The position numbers and the translations under genes are program-made. From a virus, in IMG/VR virus record IMGVR_UViG_3300043436_003448, positions 2,369 through 66,368 of that record: a stretch of 64,000 nt of DNA, one strand, 5' to 3'. The notes beneath the pieces were generated by a model. That model searched no databases, was not told where the DNA came from, and worked only from the letters and a program-made list of their open reading frames with translations. Below, one piece after another: positions 58,209 to 64,000 of this stretch (position 1 is its first letter; each line of letters begins with the position of its first letter).

Positions 58209-59641
58209 TCCAAGCTACATCCCCTTCCCTGGCCGTAAACCGCCGTAAGACACTTTGGCCGGACCCGGCCACCATCACCAACATTTCAGAGCACCAGCGA
58301 GAACGCCTTGCCCTCGCCCTGTCAACGCGTTTCGGAATTCTCGGAGGAACGCCAGGCACCGGGAAGACTCACACCACGATTGCCCTGATCAAAGCCCTAG
58401 CCCGGCTGCATGGCTCCCACATGATCGCATTCGTTGCGCCAACCGGGAAAGCTGCCAATCGTGGGGCTGAATTACTTTCTTCCCATTCCCTGACAATCCC
58501 GGCAACCACGATTCACCGGATCTTGGAGGTTGACCGCAACGGCCGGGATGGAGAGGGCTGGAGCTTCAAGCGAAACAAATTCAACCGGCTGCAGCAGATG
58601 TTTTTCTTCGTCGATGAAATGTCGATGACAGACACGGACACATTCGCCAGCTTCTGTGAAGCCCTGCCAGATGAAGCCCACGTTCTTCTGGTTGGTGATA
58701 TCTACCAACTTCCACCCGTCGGACACGGTGCTCCTCTCCGTGATCTGATCAACTCCAATCAGGTTGGCTATGGAGAACTCACAGAGATCCGCCGCAACTC
58801 TGGTGACATCGTTATCGGATGCCAGAACCTGAAGAATGGCATCTACTTCCCGCCAAACACTTCCGGCCTGAATCTTGATCCCGAAGTAGGCATGAACTGG
58901 ATTCACAAACCTTGCTCCCGGCCGGAGCAGCAGGTTCAAACAATGCTGAAGCTTCTGGCAACGGTCCCCAAGACATTTAACCCGATATTTGACATCCAAG
59001 TCATCTGCACGACAAATGGGAAGCTTGACCAGGCATCGGAGAAGGAGGAGAACAACCCGATCTCACGGAACGCCCTGAACAAGATTCTTCAGCCGGCATT
59101 GAATCCATCAAATCCGATCACGGGGAAAAACAGATTCGCCGTCCGGGACAAAGTGATCTGCACAAAGAACGCCATCTTTGAACTGGTGGACATCATCCGG
59201 ACGGCCGGAGGAGTGGAGGTCGACGAAACCGGAACAAATGACATCGTAGCCAACGGTGAAATCGGGCAGGTCTGCGCGATTCAAGAAAAACGGGCGATCA
59301 TCAAATTGATGTTCCCGCAGCGTTATATCTCCTGCCCATTGTCGGCCGGAGGAGGAGGGGGCAACGGGACCGCCGGCAACTCTGGATGTTTCGATCTTGG
59401 GTATGCAATCACATGCCACAAGAGCCAAGGAAGCCAAATGCCAATCGTGATGGTCATGCTGGACGACTCGAACGGAGCCAACTGGGTGACCAGCCGCGAA
59501 TGGCATTACACCGCCATCAGCCGAGCCGAAAAAATCTGCATGACAATCGGAAAATGGGACACGTTGATGCGGCAGAGTAAGCGGGTGAGTCTGTCAGGCC
59601 GGAAAACGTTTCTCAGTGAAAAATTGCAGGGGGTAATGTGA
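58205..59641 (+). CDS. RecD2-like SF1B helicase domain
   Basis: GTPGTGKT, APTGKAA, TIHR, VDEMSM, VGDIYQLPPVG, GYAITCHKSQGS and YTAISRA. Confidence 0.9.
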   Translation: MIQATSPSLAVNRRKTLWPDPATITNISEHQRERLALALSTRFGILGGTPGTGKTHTTIALIKALARLHGSHMIAFVAPTGKAANRGAELLSSHSLTIPATTIHRILEVDRNGRDGEGWSFKRNKFNRLQQMFFFVDEMSMTDTDTFASFCEALPDEAHVLLVGDIYQLPPVGHGAPLRDLINSNQVGYGELTEIRRNSGDIVIGCQNLKNGIYFPPNTSGLNLDPEVGMNWIHKPCSRPEQQVQTMLKLLATVPKTFNPIFDIQVICTTNGKLDQASEKEENNPISRNALNKILQPALNPSNPITGKNRFAVRDKVICTKNAIFELVDIIRTAGGVEVDETGTNDIVANGEIGQVCAIQEKRAIIKLMFPQRYISCPLSAGGGGGNGTAGNSGCFDLGYAITCHKSQGSQMPIVMVMLDDSNGANWVTSREWHYTAISRAEKICMTIGKWDTLMRQSKRVSLSGRKTFLSEKLQGVM

Positions 59642-59762
59642 TGTTTTCAATTCTCAATCCAATGGAACTGTCAGACCTGCAATTCAACATTTTCCTGTCG
59701 CTCTTCGGCGGGATTTTCTTCCTCCTCCCGGCCGTCTTTACCCTGTACCTCCTTCACCTCAC

Positions 59763-60446
59763 ATGCAAAATCGAATCAACGAGAAAGGAAATCTCAGAAC
59801 CATGAGTATCCCACCAAACAGAGAAGAACGATCAGGACGCCGCAGGGGAACTGCCAAATGCAAATCCGATCCAAAGCCCGATGATCCAACCGACATCGAA
59901 TCCAGCCAGCCAGTTGTTTGCCCGTTCACGGTCATTGTGGATACCAGGGAACAATCGCCCTACCAGTTCCGCACGTTCAAGGCCGACGCGAAACACAAGA
60001 CTCAATCCGGAATCATTCGTTCGTTATATATCCCGGTTGAAATAGCGACCCTGAGAACGGCCGACTATTCAGTTAAAGGCTTCGAAACTGAAATAGCGAT
60101 CGAGAGAAAATCTCTCACGGACCTGTTCGGGACTTTAGGATCCGGCCGCGAAAGGTTTGAGCGAGAACTGGAACGCCTCTCCGAATTCAAGGTCGCCCAT
60201 ATTGTGATTGAGGCTGACTGGAAAACGATCCTCGAGTCACCGCCGGAACGAACGAAGCTTTCTCCGAAGTCCGTTTTCCGCTCAATCAACGCATGGGAGC
60301 AGGAGTTTCCAACGATTCACTGGCAATTCATGTGGATCCGAGCCATCGCCGAGCACAAGACATTCCGCATTCTGGAAAGATTCTGGAACCAGAAGCAAAA
60401 GGCAATCGCGGAAGAAAATCGACCATTGGGCGTGACAAGTATGTGA
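59763..60446 (+). CDS. ERCC4-type nuclease (putative resolvase)
   Basis: IVDTREQ, ADYS, ERKS..DL, RERFERELERL. Confidence 0.85.
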   Translation: MQNRINEKGNLRTMSIPPNREERSGRRRGTAKCKSDPKPDDPTDIESSQPVVCPFTVIVDTREQSPYQFRTFKADAKHKTQSGIIRSLYIPVEIATLRTADYSVKGFETEIAIERKSLTDLFGTLGSGRERFERELERLSEFKVAHIVIEADWKTILESPPERTKLSPKSVFRSINAWEQEFPTIHWQFMWIRAIAEHKTFRILERFWNQKQKAIAEENRPLGVTSM

Positions 60447-60525
60447 CATCCATGTAACAATCGCGACCCCCTTTCCAATTCGCGCTGCTGACCGCCCGAC
60501 GCTCCCGCTGGCTGCCTGACCGTCA

Positions 60526-63099
60526 ATGCTCAGGAATGGACTTCTGATGGCCGATTATTCGCTCTTTCCGATCCTTTCGAAGTTTGAACGCCTCACATGG
60601 CGATCGGACAACCCCAATCTGGGGGAATGCCGTTGCCCTGGGCACGATGACTCAACAAATTCGCTGCACGTCACTATCAAACACTGTGACGATGGCGTGA
60701 CAAAGTTGATGTTGAAGTGTCACGCGGGATGCCAGAACGGGGATATTCTTCGGGCAATGGGAGAGGTTTTTTCCTCGCTGTTTCCTGATCGGACAAGGCA
60801 ATCGAAATCCGGAAACCCCTCCTCTTCGGCCGGAAAGGGAGGAGCCGCGAGCGCGGGCAAGAACGAGCCCAAACTGGTCAAAGTCTACGACTACCACGAC
60901 TCAGACGGCCAGTTGCTCCATCAGACTCTACGCTGGGAACCAAAGCTTTTCACCCAAAGGCGCCGCGCTGAGCCGAACACCGTTTACCAGGTGAAGGGAG
61001 TTGACAGGAAATCCTTCAAAGATCCTCACGGAAACTGGTGGATCAATTCTCTCAGCGGAATTGAACCCGTCATTTACCGACTTCCCGAGATTCTTCGCGC
61101 TGACAATCGGAAATTCATCTTTCTTTGCGAAGGGGAAAAGGACGCCGATAATCTCAAGGCGAAATTCAATGTCTATTCAACCACCGTTCCAATGGGCGCA
61201 GGGAAGTGGCGACCGTCTTACACTCAGGTTTTCCGAGGCCGACGCGTAATCATCATTCCGGATACCGACAAGCCCCGGAAGGGACAAACGGATCCCGCCG
61301 CAAATGCTGGATACGATGGAGCTCGCCGAGTAGCCGCCGAACTTGTCAAAGTCGCTTTGGAAGTCCGGATTTGCTACCTCCCAAACGTCAACGACCAACT
61401 AAGCCCAAAATGGGACTTGTCAGATTGGCTTGCCGCGGGAGGCACAAAGGCCCAATTCCTTGACGCTTGCAACGATGCCCCAATTCTTCACCCCGGACAT
61501 CCGGGATTGATCCCGGCAGGAATGACGGCCGCGGAGTCCGAATCAGCAATGCAGATGCCCCCGCAGTCTGATACCGCTGAATCCTCCTCCCAACTCCCGG
61601 CCGTCATTCCTCCTTTTGCTTTAGACGTATTCAATCAGCCGATCCGCGGGCAAATTTACAACGTCGTTGAAACTGCCGACGGCTTTGAACCAATTTCCAT
61701 GAGAGGCATCATGCACCAGTTCCGAAAGGTCACAGACAATTGGCCGAAACGAGTTGGAAAGGCTTTGTTCTACGTGGACAAGGATAGCCCGAATCCGATT
61801 GATCCTCATTATTACCCGATTCAATGGCTGACTTCCTCTTCCTCGCTTTTCGGCTGGGCCGGGAGTTATTCAGGGAGCCCAATCGCATTCGCCAAAACCG
61901 CCGGCTGCCACAACAAAGAGGAAGTTTTTGCGGAGTTCCAGAGGACCGGCGAGCCGTTTGAATCAGTCGAGCAGTACCCGCATGAACCGCGAGTTCCAGA
62001 AGTTTACTACGCGTGCAAAGAGCAGGAGGAATGGAAGTCGACTCGCCCCGGTTGTCTTTACGAACTCGTTGCCCGCTTCTCTCCGGCCGAACCTGTTGAT
62101 TACGATTTGATCATTGCATTTCTGGCAACCTTAGTTTGGGGAGGAGCAGGAGGCCAACGCCCGCTTTTCGTCATCACTTCCGATTCCGGCCGGGGAGCAG
62201 GGAAGACGACATTTGCGAGCTTGTTGACTTCGATCGTCGGAGGTTCTTTAGCCCTGTCATCTCAGGCAGACGATCAGATTATCCGTCAACGCCTTCTCTC
62301 CCCGGAAGGACTGGAGAAGAGAGCCATTCTGCTGGACAATGTGAAAAGCCTGAAATTCTCCTGGGCGGAATTTGAGGCCTTGATTACCAGCGAGAAAATT
62401 TCCGGCAAACAAATGTATGTCGGCGAAGCTTCCCGAGTGAACCGAATCACCTATGTGATCACGATCAATGGCCCCAGTCTTTCAACTGACCTTGCGCAAC
62501 GAGCAATCACAATCAAACTGGGGAAACCAGTTCACACAGGCGATTGGTTGGCCGATACGGCGAAATTCATCAGTGAAAACAAAACAAACATCATCGCCGA
62601 GCTTCTGGAACTCCTGCGCCAGCCCATCAAACCGCTGGCCGCCAATACTCGCTGGGGCAACTGGGAAACCAATGTTCTTTGCCGCCTGAGCAATGCCGAA
62701 CGATGCCAAGAAGTTATTCGAGCCCGCCAGGCTGCACTTGATGCCGAGCAGGACGAATCGAATCTGATTCTGGAGCATTTCGAAAAGCAGTTGTTGAAAA
62801 ACAATATGCGGACGGATTATGACAAGATCCTGATTTCATCAGCAACGGCCGCCGAATGGTTGTGTGAGGCGCTGGGCGAGAAGCATTCAAAGGCATCAGC
62901 TGGGAGAATGCTGGCTCAGAAGATTAACGAAGGACGATTGCCACGAATTTCAAAGACCGAGAACCCTGAACGAATCGACCAGAGCAACCGGAGAGAAAGA
63001 GGTTTCTGGTGGACGCCAGAAAATTGGCAGGAAGGCGGCTCAGTTGTTCGGCCGGGAGGATTGGCGACGTTTGATGTTAATGATTTTGCAGTGTTTTGA
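60526..63099 (+). CDS. Primase-helicase (Zn-binding, TOPRIM and P-loop domains)
   Basis: CPGHDD..SL..CHAGC; CEGEKDAD, IIPDTD, DLSDW; GRGAGKTT, LLDN. Confidence 0.85.
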   Translation: MLRNGLLMADYSLFPILSKFERLTWRSDNPNLGECRCPGHDDSTNSLHVTIKHCDDGVTKLMLKCHAGCQNGDILRAMGEVFSSLFPDRTRQSKSGNPSSSAGKGGAASAGKNEPKLVKVYDYHDSDGQLLHQTLRWEPKLFTQRRRAEPNTVYQVKGVDRKSFKDPHGNWWINSLSGIEPVIYRLPEILRADNRKFIFLCEGEKDADNLKAKFNVYSTTVPMGAGKWRPSYTQVFRGRRVIIIPDTDKPRKGQTDPAANAGYDGARRVAAELVKVALEVRICYLPNVNDQLSPKWDLSDWLAAGGTKAQFLDACNDAPILHPGHPGLIPAGMTAAESESAMQMPPQSDTAESSSQLPAVIPPFALDVFNQPIRGQIYNVVETADGFEPISMRGIMHQFRKVTDNWPKRVGKALFYVDKDSPNPIDPHYYPIQWLTSSSSLFGWAGSYSGSPIAFAKTAGCHNKEEVFAEFQRTGEPFESVEQYPHEPRVPEVYYACKEQEEWKSTRPGCLYELVARFSPAEPVDYDLIIAFLATLVWGGAGGQRPLFVITSDSGRGAGKTTFASLLTSIVGGSLALSSQADDQIIRQRLLSPEGLEKRAILLDNVKSLKFSWAEFEALITSEKISGKQMYVGEASRVNRITYVITINGPSLSTDLAQRAITIKLGKPVHTGDWLADTAKFISENKTNIIAELLELLRQPIKPLAANTRWGNWETNVLCRLSNAERCQEVIRARQAALDAEQDESNLILEHFEKQLLKNNMRTDYDKILISSATAAEWLCEALGEKHSKASAGRMLAQKINEGRLPRISKTENPERIDQSNRRERGFWWTPENWQEGGSVVRPGGLATFDVNDFAVF

Positions 63100-63103
63100 T
63101 CAA

Positions 63104-63922
63104 TCAGGATCGTCTGATATTCCGCACAAACTCAATCTGGCCGTACGGCGCGAACGTAACCACCTTGCCATCATTCCAAACCGCTTCTGCCTGCATGTCA
63201 TACGGTCCCGGAATCGCCTTCACCGTTTCCGTTTTTGTGAACTCAACAATCAAATACGGTGGAACATCACCAACGGCCGGAAAGAAGGTGCAAGTTCCCA
63301 CTAGATCGGCCACCGTCGAAGGCTTCCCGGATCTTGCCAGCAGCAACTGAATTGAAATGCCAGCATCATCCAGGGCATGAGTACCGTAATCAACTTCCGC
63401 CGGATCTCCATCAGCGTCGAGCAGGTTGATTCTGACACTGCGATTCATGACCGTCAGGTAATCATCGCCAATAACTAACGGTTCTGTCGGCCCAACAATC
63501 ACGCCCGGAGAAATCCCGGCAACGGCTTGAAGTGTGACGATTGTCGTTGTTCCGCCTGCGCCGGATCCTGTGATCCAAGCAGCATCCCCACGGTCCCGGA
63601 TTGCTTCAGGTGAATCAGTCGTGTTGTTGTAACTGGTCCCGCCGGTTGTCGCATTGAATTCCGTGAGAGTAGTGGAGTCAGCCGTTTTCCCGCCGAGGAT
63701 TCCGAGCCAACGGGCAAGCAGTGTGATCCCCGTGAATTTGCCTAGAATCGTCGTGATATTCCCCGCAGCCGTAGACAACGCTGAAGATGTTGCGAGGGGC
63801 GATGTTGCCGCCGTAATTGCAGCTTCGACCGCTGATTGGTCTGCCGGATCAGATGGCAAACGAGCTTCCATAGCCGCCACGTCAGTATCGGTCAGCTGGA
63901 GGAGGGCGTAAGTTGTTGCCAT
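63104..63922 (-). CDS. Hypothetical (probably virion-associated) protein
   Basis: 272-aa Ala/Thr-rich ORF converging on the primase gene; a BppU-like C-terminal pattern is possible. Confidence 0.5.
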   Translation of the reverse strand: MATTYALLQLTDTDVAAMEARLPSDPADQSAVEAAITAATSPLATSSALSTAAGNITTILGKFTGITLLARWLGILGGKTADSTTLTEFNATTGGTSYNNTTDSPEAIRDRGDAAWITGSGAGGTTTIVTLQAVAGISPGVIVGPTEPLVIGDDYLTVMNRSVRINLLDADGDPAEVDYGTHALDDAGISIQLLLARSGKPSTVADLVGTCTFFPAVGDVPPYLIVEFTKTETVKAIPGPYDMQAEAVWNDGKVVTFAPYGQIEFVRNIRRS

Positions 63923-64000
63923 CGCCGCAGCAGTCGCCGGGGCGTAATCCGGCTGGCTCGCATCCAGTTTGACACGAGCAGCGGGGTCCAGTTCCGCTCT

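Larger units (their letters stand above)
5107..60460. promoter_or_regulatory. Dispersed intergenic operator ATGTNACAT-GC-ATGTNACAT (~15 copies)
   Basis: Copies at 5107, 7473, 16755, 24212/24229, 26572, 33661, 35856, 36486, 44579, 47952, 50194, 50297, 54140, 55094 (half) and 60441; nearly all are intergenic and just upstream of gene starts. Confidence 0.8.
500..62090. repeat. Dispersed motif CGGCCG(G/A)AGAGGA(A/G)G, intragenic, both orientations
   Basis: Examples near 500, 1017, 3615, 4559, 5658, 6613, 13481, 14148, 20128, 20560, 22814, 25352, 30497, 34940, 35058, 45272, 46747, 47673 and 52000; reverse copies near 4777, 45325, 48116, 52684, 54026, 55610 and 60817. Confidence 0.8.
1..64000. 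mobile_element. Temperate tailed bacteriophage genome (partial; excised/attP configuration)
   Basis: Portal, major capsid, terminase, tail tube/chaperone/tape-measure, integrase, excisionase and primase-helicase genes in phage-typical modules. No host housekeeping synteny. The att core is flanked by phage genes on both sides. Confidence 0.95.

Noticed and set aside
1-64000. Diversity-generating retroelement, retron or group II intron
   Set aside because: No reverse-transcriptase motif (YxDD) ORF and no TR/VR repeat pair was noticed.

Overview
This 64 kb window is most of the genome of a tailed, temperate dsDNA bacteriophage. The organisation looks siphovirus-like. A Planctomycetota-like host is only a guess. 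The att core is flanked by phage genes on both sides, so the phage appears to be in its excised (attP) state. Left arm, minus strand, 1-35.8 kb: a >1690-aa polyvalent head-associated protein with an adenine methyltransferase domain, running off the window; a portal fused to an inorganic-pyrophosphatase-like domain; glycosyltransferase-like genes; a tail module with a -1 frameshift chaperone; capsid and protease/scaffold genes; a large terminase with non-canonical Walker motifs; an envelope/lysis-like cluster with a papain-type peptidase; and a tRNA-like RNA with an oversized anticodon arm. Right arm, mostly plus strand, 44.6-63.1 kb: attP (3' half of tRNA-Lys-CTT) with integrase, excisionase, exonuclease, RecT-like and SSB genes, tRNA-Met(CAT), CsrA, a split RecD2, an ERCC4 nuclease and a primase-helicase. 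The most striking feature is at 36.6-44.5 kb. A second, divergent tyrosine recombinase is followed directly by about 19 short co-oriented genes. Nearly every gene boundary carries the same ~31-bp dyad site (AGTAAACGCGG-N9-CCGCGTTTACT consensus, 18 copies). This looks like an integron-like, phage-borne gene-cassette array with a novel type of recombination site. Two genome-wide DNA motifs are also present: CGGCCG followed by a purine tract, dispersed through genes but absent from the cassette array, and an intergenic ATGTNACAT-GC-ATGTNACAT operator. All calls come from reading the sequence and ORF track by eye; no database searches were run.
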